Below are positions 53,144 through 61,091 of a DNA stretch of 64,000 nucleotides, in pieces (within the stretch, counting starts at the first letter, position 1; each line of letters starts with the position of its first letter). The position numbers were made by a program, and so were the translations under genes. Source of the stretch: Verrucomicrobiota bacterium. GTDB lineage: Bacteria > Verrucomicrobiota > Verrucomicrobiia > Opitutales > Opitutaceae. A model generated the notes under the pieces. That model was not told the DNA's origin. It saw only the letters and a program-made list of their open reading frames with translations, and ran no database searches. The stretch covers positions 3,490 to 67,489 of the forward strand of contig JAFAAS010000018.1 in assembly GCA_023426435.1 (NCBI GenBank), written 5' to 3'.

Positions 53144-55168
53144 TCACCAGCGGACCACGATCGTCTTTTCTCCGCCCGTCGGCAGCCGGCACGTGATCCG
53201 CCCTGACTCCGCGTCGAACGCATGGCGAATCTCCGCTCCGTCGCACTCCAGCGCCCGCGGAGCCTCCTTCGCCCACGCCACGAATTCCCCTCCGTCCCGC
53301 AAGCGGACGCGACACTCCTTCGCGCCCGTCCAACTCCGCGCCACCACCGCTCCCGTGCTGTTGAACTTGTCCGCCAGCCCGAGCGCCGCGAAGCCGTTTT
53401 GTATCGGAGCAAACGATACGAGCTCCCACTCCAGCTCCGCCAGCCGCACGACCGCAACCTCCTCGCGCCCGCACCTCCACACGCGTCCGCTCCGGTGCGC
53501 CAACGCCGCGAACTCGTCGCCCGCCAGTCCTTCCACGTTCTTCGGCGCCACCGTGCCTTCAATCGGATCACGGGTCGTGCACCCGGGCCCGTGTTGCACA
53601 TGGAAGAGTCCCACGATCCCCGCATCTCCGTTTCGGTTGAACACCTTGAACAACACCCGCTCATTCCTCGCGTCCGCGAAAAGGCTGTCCCGCGTCGGCC
53701 GGCCCGGCTGATCCGCCCGCAGCACGGTGCCATCCGTCAGCACGAGTTTCCTCATGAGATCGAAGTCGTGCTCGCCCGGCTTGTCCGACACATACACCGG
53801 CCCGCCCGACACCGCTCGCGCCGCGGCGTGAAATGCCCCCGCCGCATGCGCCGATTGAAACATGTCCCAATCGGGCAGGATAAACTCACCGAACCACAGG
53901 CTCGTGTGCGCATTGTTCAACACGTGCTCACCATGCGTCTCCGGCCGCGTCGGATAAAAATCGTCCGACGTCCGCAGCACCGTCGAATCCGCCGCGAGAT
54001 ACGCCGCCTCCATCGTGCAAGACATGCAGTTGATCAATCGTCCGCCGAAGTGACGCCCCACCGACGCCTCGAGCGCCGTCCGATACGCTCGCGCCAGCGC
54101 CACCCGTCCGCCCTGCCCCGCCGACACCGCTTCGAGCATCGCTTGATTATCGACTTTCACTCCGTCCACGCCCTGGGCCGCGAGTGTCCGGTGATAATCG
54201 TTATAAAACGCCGCGACCTTCCCGGCCGACGGCACACCCACCACCGCGCCCCACGGCCGCACATTCCAGCTCGGATCCATCTTCAACATCCCGGGCCCGA
54301 AAGCCCGCGCAACCGTCCGCGGCTCATACGCAGCCAGCCGCCTCTCATCGAGCCCGCCCCAATATCCCATCAGCGCGTGCCACACCATGAAGCATTCGAT
54401 GTGAAACTCCTCCTTCGCCAACCGCACCAACGGCGCAAGGTCGCCGCCGAAACGTTCGTTCGGTGCCAAACTCGCCAGTCGCTCCTCGCCGCTTTCCGCC
54501 GTTTCCACCGACTGCCAGCCGTCATCGAGAATCATCCAGCGCGGCGGCACGCCGCCCGCGGCAAACGAGATCAGTCCCGCCCGCACCTTCTCCGCCGACA
54601 CCTCGCGATAAAACGCGTCCCACGTGCACCAGCCGAAGAGATCGACGAAATCCGGTTCCTTCTTCTCCTCGCGCAGCCGTCCGCCACTCACCCGCCCTTT
54701 CACCGCCCGCGCTCCTCGATTCACCAGTTCGAAGGGATCGCCACCGGACCCAACCCACAGCGCCACGCCGCCCGTGGTCACGACTTGCGGATCGCCCGTC
54801 TCCGCGCCGACGACGATCCCCTCCGCACTTCCGCGCAGCGAAAATCGCGTTCCGCCATCCAGCAGCGGAACGATCAACGCCAGCTTCCCGTCTTCCAACT
54901 CCATCAGCAGCCATTGCGTCTCCCACTCGATCTGCTCCTCCTTCGCGCCGAACTGTGCCTTCATCCAGAAGGGCCGGTGCCGAAAACCTCCCGTGAACCG
55001 CTTCAATCCTCTCACGCGCCCCAGCAAGAACTCCTGATAGCACGCCGGCCGATCGCTCGACGCCCGCAAATACGCTCCGCCTTCCGACGCGCCTTCCACG
55101 GTCTTCCACTCCGCCGGCCACGTCTCGAACAACTCCTCCACCACGCTCCCGCGCCACTCGGTTTTCAT
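53144..55168 (-). CDS. GH36-type alpha-galactosidase / raffinose-synthase (Sip1) family protein, no signal peptide
   Basis: Contains WCTWDAFY, PRWMILDDGWQS, INCMSCTMEA, RTSDDFYP, LPDWDMFQS and GGPVYVSD, the raffinose-synthase/GH36 signature. The ATG at 55168 overlaps the upstream stop as ATGA. Confidence 0.8.
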   Translation of the reverse strand: MKTEWRGSVVEELFETWPAEWKTVEGASEGGAYLRASSDRPACYQEFLLGRVRGLKRFTGGFRHRPFWMKAQFGAKEEQIEWETQWLLMELEDGKLALIVPLLDGGTRFSLRGSAEGIVVGAETGDPQVVTTGGVALWVGSGGDPFELVNRGARAVKGRVSGGRLREEKKEPDFVDLFGWCTWDAFYREVSAEKVRAGLISFAAGGVPPRWMILDDGWQSVETAESGEERLASLAPNERFGGDLAPLVRLAKEEFHIECFMVWHALMGYWGGLDERRLAAYEPRTVARAFGPGMLKMDPSWNVRPWGAVVGVPSAGKVAAFYNDYHRTLAAQGVDGVKVDNQAMLEAVSAGQGGRVALARAYRTALEASVGRHFGGRLINCMSCTMEAAYLAADSTVLRTSDDFYPTRPETHGEHVLNNAHTSLWFGEFILPDWDMFQSAHAAGAFHAAARAVSGGPVYVSDKPGEHDFDLMRKLVLTDGTVLRADQPGRPTRDSLFADARNERVLFKVFNRNGDAGIVGLFHVQHGPGCTTRDPIEGTVAPKNVEGLAGDEFAALAHRSGRVWRCGREEVAVVRLAELEWELVSFAPIQNGFAALGLADKFNSTGAVVARSWTGAKECRVRLRDGGEFVAWAKEAPRALECDGAEIRHAFDAESGRITCRLPTGGEKTIVVRW

Positions 55169-56622
55169 AATGATTTCTTCTCCGGAAATCCCCGCGGCAA
55201 ACGATCCGACGGCGTCACATCCGAGGTCTCTTGCCACCAATCCAGCATCCGCCGCTCCAGCTGCGCGCGCACCTCTGCCGATGCGGGATCCTCGTAACGG
55301 TTCACCAACTCCTGCGGATCCGACCGCAAATCATACAGCTCCGACACCCCCAGCCGCCGATGAATCAGCTTGTGCGTCGCCGATCGCACCATCGTCGCCC
55401 GGCACACGCTCAGCGGCTGATCCTGCTGCAGTTTTCCTTTCGCATAGTAGATGTTCGTCGGATCCTTGAAAATCGGATCCGAATCCACCCGGCCCTCAAA
55501 GCTCAAGGGCTCATGCGGATCGTAACCGCCTTCCGCAAACGCGCACCGTTCCGGATCCCCCGCCGATCCGCGCAACTGCGGTCCCAGATCGCGTCCGAAT
55601 TGTGGATACGCCGGCGCCCTCCCGGCCAGGCCGAGCAACGTCGCGGGCAAGTCCAACAACTCCACGAGGTCGCTCACGACATGACCGCGCGCCCCGCCCG
55701 GCACTCGCACGACGAGGGGCACACGCGTCATCGTGTCGTCGAGCGCATTCGGCCACTTTTCCACCAATCCGAAATCTCCCGCCCAATCGCCGTGATCGCT
55801 GAAGAACACGATCGCGGTGTCTCCCGCGAGACCCGCCGCCTCAACCGCATCGAGCATCCGCCCGAACAACGCATCCACCACCCCAATCATCCCGAGATAC
55901 ACCGCATTGATTTTTCGCATCAACGCCGGATCCGTCTCGTCCAGTCGCCGGCTCTGACGAATGAGCCGGTGAAAATCCGGTTTGTTCGGCAGTTCCGCCG
56001 GCCGCAGCGGCGGCAACGCATCCGGATCGATCAGATCATGCCAGGGCGCCGGCGCATGATACGGCGGATGCGGAAATGACAGGCTCAGCCACATCGCAAA
56101 CGGCCGCTTCGGCCGCGTCCGCAGATACTCGATCGCGCCGTCCACCGTGCGATAATCGTTCAACTCTTCGATACTCCTCGCGGTCGCTTCATGGAGAAAA
56201 CTCGCATGGCGCGGGTCGTCCGGCCGAAACGGGTTCCGCCCGCTCGATTTCGCCGCCGGCAGCGAACTGCGATCGCCCACGCGGAAATCGTCCACACTCC
56301 GCTCGAAGGCATCGGGCGAAAGCGTGTCGTTCTTCCCACCCCAAATCACCTCGTAGCCCGCATCGCGAAATCCGCGCAGCAGGTTCGGTTCATCCGCGCG
56401 CAAGGGATTCCACAGCGTCCGGTGCCCGCGCACGTGCGGATACCATCCCGTCATGAACGAACATCGCGAGGGCGTGCAGACCGGATGCTGCGCATGGCAT
56501 TGATCGAAACGCACGCCTTCCGCCGCAAACCGATCGATGTTCGGCGTCGGCGCGAGCGGATGCCCATAGCAGCCGATCGATTCCGCGCGCATCTCGTCCG
56601 GATTGAAGAGAATGAAATTCAT
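55165..56622 (-). CDS. Cys-type sulfatase lacking any signal peptide
   Basis: Begins directly in the catalytic core as MNFILFNPDEMRAESIGCYGH, then HPVCTPSRCSFMTGWYPH (C-x-P-x-R). The ORF cannot be extended upstream. Its ATG overlaps the upstream stop as ATGA at 56619-56622. Confidence 0.85.
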   Translation of the reverse strand: MNFILFNPDEMRAESIGCYGHPLAPTPNIDRFAAEGVRFDQCHAQHPVCTPSRCSFMTGWYPHVRGHRTLWNPLRADEPNLLRGFRDAGYEVIWGGKNDTLSPDAFERSVDDFRVGDRSSLPAAKSSGRNPFRPDDPRHASFLHEATARSIEELNDYRTVDGAIEYLRTRPKRPFAMWLSLSFPHPPYHAPAPWHDLIDPDALPPLRPAELPNKPDFHRLIRQSRRLDETDPALMRKINAVYLGMIGVVDALFGRMLDAVEAAGLAGDTAIVFFSDHGDWAGDFGLVEKWPNALDDTMTRVPLVVRVPGGARGHVVSDLVELLDLPATLLGLAGRAPAYPQFGRDLGPQLRGSAGDPERCAFAEGGYDPHEPLSFEGRVDSDPIFKDPTNIYYAKGKLQQDQPLSVCRATMVRSATHKLIHRRLGVSELYDLRSDPQELVNRYEDPASAEVRAQLERRMLDWWQETSDVTPSDRLPRGFPEKKSL

Positions 56623-59600
56623 CGGCTCAAAACTCCTCCATTTTCCCGCAACACTTCGCGCAGCGTGAGATCCACCAGCCTAAAGTCTTCCGGCTGCAAA
56701 CGCGTCACCATCACGAAGCCGCGCATATCGAGCCCAACCAGCCCAACCCGATAACGCTTCTCGTCCTCGAGCTCGTCCGGCTCCGGCAACGGCGAGATCC
56801 TGATTCTCGTTCCTTCACTTTTACCAATCGCCATTTTCAGTTCCGCACCCGACAGCGTCATCGTCGCGAGTCGATGGCCAAACGAAAACGCCGCGAGATC
56901 GGCCACCCGCGTTTCCTCCGCGTGCTTCCACGGCGCCCGCTCACCCGACGCATCTTCCTGCACCACGAAATCGCACCCCAACGCTCGCCGCATCCGCCCG
57001 GCCGCCCAGTCCTTCGCCTCACCTTCAATCGCCGGCGAATCCGCGTATCCACGTTCCCACTTCCATCGGCTGTCCATCCGCCGCGCGGCCACCAGCCGTC
57101 CTTCGCGATCCGCCACCACCAAATCCGGCGCCGGCTCCCGACTCGCATTCAACGCCACCAGCACACCGTTCGCATCGTAAAGCGACGCGTCGCTCGCCGC
57201 GACCCAGTAAACCAGCCGTTTCGGATGCTCCGGGTTGAAATGCAACAGCCCAAACCCGCGCCCGGCCCACGCCCAGCTCTCGCCGTCGCTCGCCGTCACC
57301 ACGCCGGCGTTTTCATCTACTTCGATCGCCATTCGCCCTGCCATTCGCGCCGCCACGCTGTTCTCCGCTGCAGATCCCAGCAGGATGACATTCGCCTTCG
57401 CCAAGTCCTCCTCCGTCACCTCGCCATCCGCCTTCACCGGCAACCCGCCAAACATCATCCGCGGTGCCGACTCCGACGTCCCTGGCGCGAATCGCGACCG
57501 ACCGCTGAGCGCCTCAGCCATCGTCTTCAATCGCCCGGTCACCTCCGGCGAGCCCTGCGTCCCATACACCATCATCATCGGTTCGCCGTGATAAAGCGCC
57601 GTCGCTCCTCCCGGGAAATGCAGTCTGAAACTCGTTTCCTCCGGCCGCCCGGTGACCACTCGCGTCCCCTCTTCATCGTCGACCACAAACACCGCCTTCG
57701 GCAGCGGCGGCTCGAATCGCGCGAGCAGTTTCGCATTCACCGCCACAACCATCGCCTGCTCGAAATCCGCCGGCGACTTGTCCAACGCGATTTTTATCAC
57801 CCGCGCGTTTTCCATCGTCACATGCAGCGCGTTGCCGCCGTCGAAACGCGCGTCGATGCGCGCCGGCGCCCCCGCTGCTCCCCACTCCTCCACCCGCGCC
57901 CAATACGCCCCGCGCGCGAGTTCATCCGTCGCCGTGTAAATCACTCGCTGCACCGCTCCTGTCGACATCCGCATGCGGCCCTCGCGCCACGCTCGCATCG
58001 CCGCGCGTCCTTCGCTCCAACGGCCAAACTGATGCCCCAGCCCGGTCGTCTCCGCCAAAATCGCCGCGCCGCCCGCCTCGTTCAACCGCCGCACGCCCGC
58101 GCGCGCGCCCGACACCGGCACCACATAATCGTCGTCGCTGTGCAACGCATAGGTCGGCAGGTTCAACATATTCTCCGTCGGCAAATGCGCCGCCGATCCC
58201 GCCCACGGCACCGCCGTCGCCCAGCGATCCGGGTGACGCGCTCCAAGCGTGAACGTCCCATACCCGCCCATGCTGCCGCCGGTCAGGTGAATCTCGTCTT
58301 CCGCAATCCGCCAGTGACGTCGCACGTAGTCGGTCGCCTCCAACACATCGACTTCCGACAACTCGATATAACCTCCCGTGCGCCCGCGCCCATTGACGAA
58401 CAACTCGAACACCGGCTCCCGCTGCGCCTCGCCCCAACGCGATCCATGCGTTCCTCCCGCGCCATGCATGTTCACCACCAGCGGCCATTCGCGATCCGGC
58501 GTATAAGCATCGGGGATACGCAGCGTGAACGGCTGCCCGCTGCCATCCACCTCCGACCGATACGCCCACTCGATCGCCCCGCGCTGCCGCACGAACGCAT
58601 TCGCATCGTCCGCCAACGCTCCCCGCCAGCGCGCCACGCGATACGCCTGCATCGCCAGGTCCGCATCGTCTGCGTTCTCCATCGCGAGCGCCGCCTCCAG
58701 TTTTTCCGCCAAATACGCGAACCAGCCCGCCGTCGCCGACCACGACGGTTCCGCCTCCGCCTCCCGCGCCAATCCGAGTTGCTGACGTGCAAAACCAGCC
58801 TCGTCTCCCACGGCCAGGAAAGCCGTCTCGCCCGCCAGCGACTTCGACGCCTCCGCGCGCGCCAGCACGCCATACGCGCCTTCCGGCACTTCAATCGTCG
58901 CAACCTCACCGGCCGCCATTTTCCGATCGAACATCACCCTCCCGTCCGCCGCCCGCACCGTCACCCGCTGTTTCAATTCGGGAAATAGAGTTTCGTCATG
59001 GTTGAACCCCGCCGCCACTCCCACGCGCCACACCGAACCGGCTCGCTCCCGCGACGCGACTCTCGGCTGCAATTGCAGCGTCGGCTCGAGCAACGCGCGC
59101 GCCTTCGCCCGCGGCAACACTTCCACCGCCGTGCCCCAGCCGGGCCCATTCTGCTCGACTTTCACCAGCAGCGCATTGCGTCCGCGCTGGAGCTTCGCCC
59201 GAAATGGCTCCTCGCGCAGTCTCACTCCGCGCCCACCCGCCACCCACGCGATGTGCACCGGCTCGCCATTCACCCACACTTTTCCGCCATCGTCCGACCC
59301 GAAGAAAAACGTGACCGTCTGCGCTTCGGGCGAATCCACCCACGCGAACAAATACGCCACACGCCGCTGCCCGTCGCCAAAGAGCTGCGTCAAATCCACC
59401 ACCCCATTCGCCTTCGCGACGAACCGTTGCGCCGCAATTCCCCCGTCCACCTTTGTCTCCGTGGTAAAGACCGCCCTCCGCTCTCCACCCAAACCCGTCA
59501 GAAAATCGCGTCCAAATCCCGCACGCGTGTAACCCTCCGGCGTTGGCCGGTCCAGGGGTTCGCTCGGGAACGGTCCCACCACCAGCCATTCGCGCACGTA

Positions 59601-59738
59601 GCCGTCGGCCGCGTCATGAACAATTGGATACACCGGCGCCTCCGCGGCGCGCGCGCCGGGCATTGCACCGGCCACGGCCGTCGCGATCGCGACCATCAAG
59701 CTCCGCCAACGCCGTCGGATTAAAGGGGATGAGTGCAT
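56619..59738 (-). CDS. Secreted multidomain protein with a central alpha/beta-hydrolase (esterase / S9-peptidase-like) domain
   Basis: Has the signal peptide ...MVAIATAVAGAMPGARAAEA. The N-terminal GSDDGGKVWVNGEPV...ALLVKVEQNG is a PA14/lectin-like beta-sandwich. The core contains PLVVNMHGAGGTHG, IHLTGGSMGGYGT (G-x-S-x-G nucleophile elbow) and LHSDDDYVVP. The C-terminal roughly 400 aa are unassigned. Confidence 0.7.
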   Translation of the reverse strand: MHSSPLIRRRWRSLMVAIATAVAGAMPGARAAEAPVYPIVHDAADGYVREWLVVGPFPSEPLDRPTPEGYTRAGFGRDFLTGLGGERRAVFTTETKVDGGIAAQRFVAKANGVVDLTQLFGDGQRRVAYLFAWVDSPEAQTVTFFFGSDDGGKVWVNGEPVHIAWVAGGRGVRLREEPFRAKLQRGRNALLVKVEQNGPGWGTAVEVLPRAKARALLEPTLQLQPRVASRERAGSVWRVGVAAGFNHDETLFPELKQRVTVRAADGRVMFDRKMAAGEVATIEVPEGAYGVLARAEASKSLAGETAFLAVGDEAGFARQQLGLAREAEAEPSWSATAGWFAYLAEKLEAALAMENADDADLAMQAYRVARWRGALADDANAFVRQRGAIEWAYRSEVDGSGQPFTLRIPDAYTPDREWPLVVNMHGAGGTHGSRWGEAQREPVFELFVNGRGRTGGYIELSEVDVLEATDYVRRHWRIAEDEIHLTGGSMGGYGTFTLGARHPDRWATAVPWAGSAAHLPTENMLNLPTYALHSDDDYVVPVSGARAGVRRLNEAGGAAILAETTGLGHQFGRWSEGRAAMRAWREGRMRMSTGAVQRVIYTATDELARGAYWARVEEWGAAGAPARIDARFDGGNALHVTMENARVIKIALDKSPADFEQAMVVAVNAKLLARFEPPLPKAVFVVDDEEGTRVVTGRPEETSFRLHFPGGATALYHGEPMMMVYGTQGSPEVTGRLKTMAEALSGRSRFAPGTSESAPRMMFGGLPVKADGEVTEEDLAKANVILLGSAAENSVAARMAGRMAIEVDENAGVVTASDGESWAWAGRGFGLLHFNPEHPKRLVYWVAASDASLYDANGVLVALNASREPAPDLVVADREGRLVAARRMDSRWKWERGYADSPAIEGEAKDWAAGRMRRALGCDFVVQEDASGERAPWKHAEETRVADLAAFSFGHRLATMTLSGAELKMAIGKSEGTRIRISPLPEPDELEDEKRYRVGLVGLDMRGFVMVTRLQPEDFRLVDLTLREVLRENGGVLSR

Positions 59739-59745
59739 CGCAGCC

Positions 59746-59761
59746 GTTCAAGTATTCGAAC
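59746..59761. promoter_or_regulatory. Related imperfect palindrome GTTCAAGTATTCGAAC
   Basis: Shares the GTTCA / (T)GAAC outer half-sites with the 59790 palindrome. It lies 8 bp upstream of the 59738 ATG, and the two centres are 44 bp apart. Confidence 0.35.
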
Positions 59762-59789
59762 GCCGTCCCCTCGCCACAACGGCTCCTCC

Positions 59790-59805
59790 GTTCATCGCGA
59801 TGAAC
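59790..59805. promoter_or_regulatory. Perfect 16-bp palindrome GTTCATCGCGATGAAC, a candidate LacI-type operator
   Basis: Read directly. It lies in the divergent region, 52 bp upstream of the 59738 start and 205 bp upstream of the LacI start at 60010. The central CG is as in LacI-family operators. Confidence 0.45.
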
Positions 59806-60009
59806 GAACCCCGGCACGCGCTCCGGCGCCCGCCGCCACCGGTTCTTCGATTCCGCCGCGGACGTTTCCGTGTTCAACCAGAGGGATTTCGCCCCGTTGG
59901 CGAATCGCTCCAGACCCGCTTTCCTCTCCCGCCATGCGACGCTCTGCGATACTCTCTCGCACGGCTTCGCTTCGTCTCACCGTCTAACGCAAGGTTCGAG
60001 CCTCTCTCG

Positions 60010-61053
60010 ATGCGCGCCACACTCGCCGATATCTCCGGCCAGACCGGCTACGCGAAATCCACGATTTCGATCGCGCTGCGCAACGATCCTCGCCTCCCGC
60101 CCGCGACGCGACACGAGATTCAGGAAGTCGCGAAGCGACTCGGCTATCGCCCCGACCCCAGTCTCTCCGCGATCGCCGCGACGCGTTGGCGCCGCGCCGA
60201 ACACTCGTCCGGCCTCACGCTCGCCTGTTTGCTTGATTCGCAAACTCCCGCCCTCCGCGTTCTCCAGGCTTATCTCGATGCCGCTCACGACCGCGCGACC
60301 GCTCTCGGCTATACCGCAGCGCGCTTCGATCTTCGCGCTTACCCCAACCCGCGCTCGCTCTGCCGCGTCCTCGTCCAACGCGGCGTCCGCGGCGTGCTCA
60401 TCCCGCCCGTTTACACTCCCGAACTTCTCCGCGACTTCGACTGGTCGCTCTTCGCCGGCGTGAACTGCGGCCAGGGTCTCTGGCGGCCGCCGTATCACGT
60501 GGTCAACACCGACGTCTTCGCCGCCGTGCAGATCGCTTTGCGCGAATGCCTCGCCGCCGGCTACCGTCGCATCGGTGCGGCGTTGTTCGTCCACTGTCAC
60601 ACGGCCGACGACGACGCTCGTCGTTTCGGCGCCGCGTTTCTGGAAATCGCCCACACCACCCCCGGACGCGCGGAGATTCTCCCTCTCGAGTCGGCCCCCG
60701 AAGACCGCGCGGCGTTTCTCGATTGGGTGGTTCGAAAAAAGCCGGAAGCCATCGTGGCGCTTCACTCCGGCGCCGCGCGCTGGTTGCGCGAGGCCGGCTA
60801 TCGCATTCCTCAGGACATCGCCGTCGTTTGCCTTGGCGATACGCCCCGCCCCGAGCTGGCTCATATCAATCCCCAACTCGCCGATGTCGGCCGCGTCGCG
60901 GTCGAAATGCTCGACAGCGCCCTTCGCCACAACGAGATCGGCCCGCCGTCCCGCCCGCGCGTGGTGCTTGTCACACCCGAATGGATACCGGGCTCCACCC
61001 TCGGCCGTCGCGCCCCGGCGCAAGCTGCAGCGCGGAGCTGTGGCCCGCATTGA
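60010..61053 (+). CDS. LacI-family transcriptional regulator (paralogue 3)
   Basis: The ATG is at 60010. The HTH is ATLADISGQTGYAKSTISIALRNDPRLPPATRHEIQEVAKRLGYRPDP. It belongs to the same subfamily as the 47775 and 48825 genes. Confidence 0.85.
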   Translation: MRATLADISGQTGYAKSTISIALRNDPRLPPATRHEIQEVAKRLGYRPDPSLSAIAATRWRRAEHSSGLTLACLLDSQTPALRVLQAYLDAAHDRATALGYTAARFDLRAYPNPRSLCRVLVQRGVRGVLIPPVYTPELLRDFDWSLFAGVNCGQGLWRPPYHVVNTDVFAAVQIALRECLAAGYRRIGAALFVHCHTADDDARRFGAAFLEIAHTTPGRAEILPLESAPEDRAAFLDWVVRKKPEAIVALHSGAARWLREAGYRIPQDIAVVCLGDTPRPELAHINPQLADVGRVAVEMLDSALRHNEIGPPSRPRVVLVTPEWIPGSTLGRRAPAQAAARSCGPH

Positions 61054-61091
61054 ACGTCGTCGAGAGAGTCGTCCGACTCGAAGCCGTCCGC

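Noticed and set aside
59800-60009. A 70-aa N-terminal extension of the third LacI gene
   Set aside because: It is Arg/Pro-rich and precedes the canonical HTH, which in LacI proteins starts within a few residues of the N-terminus. It would also cover the palindromic operator candidates.
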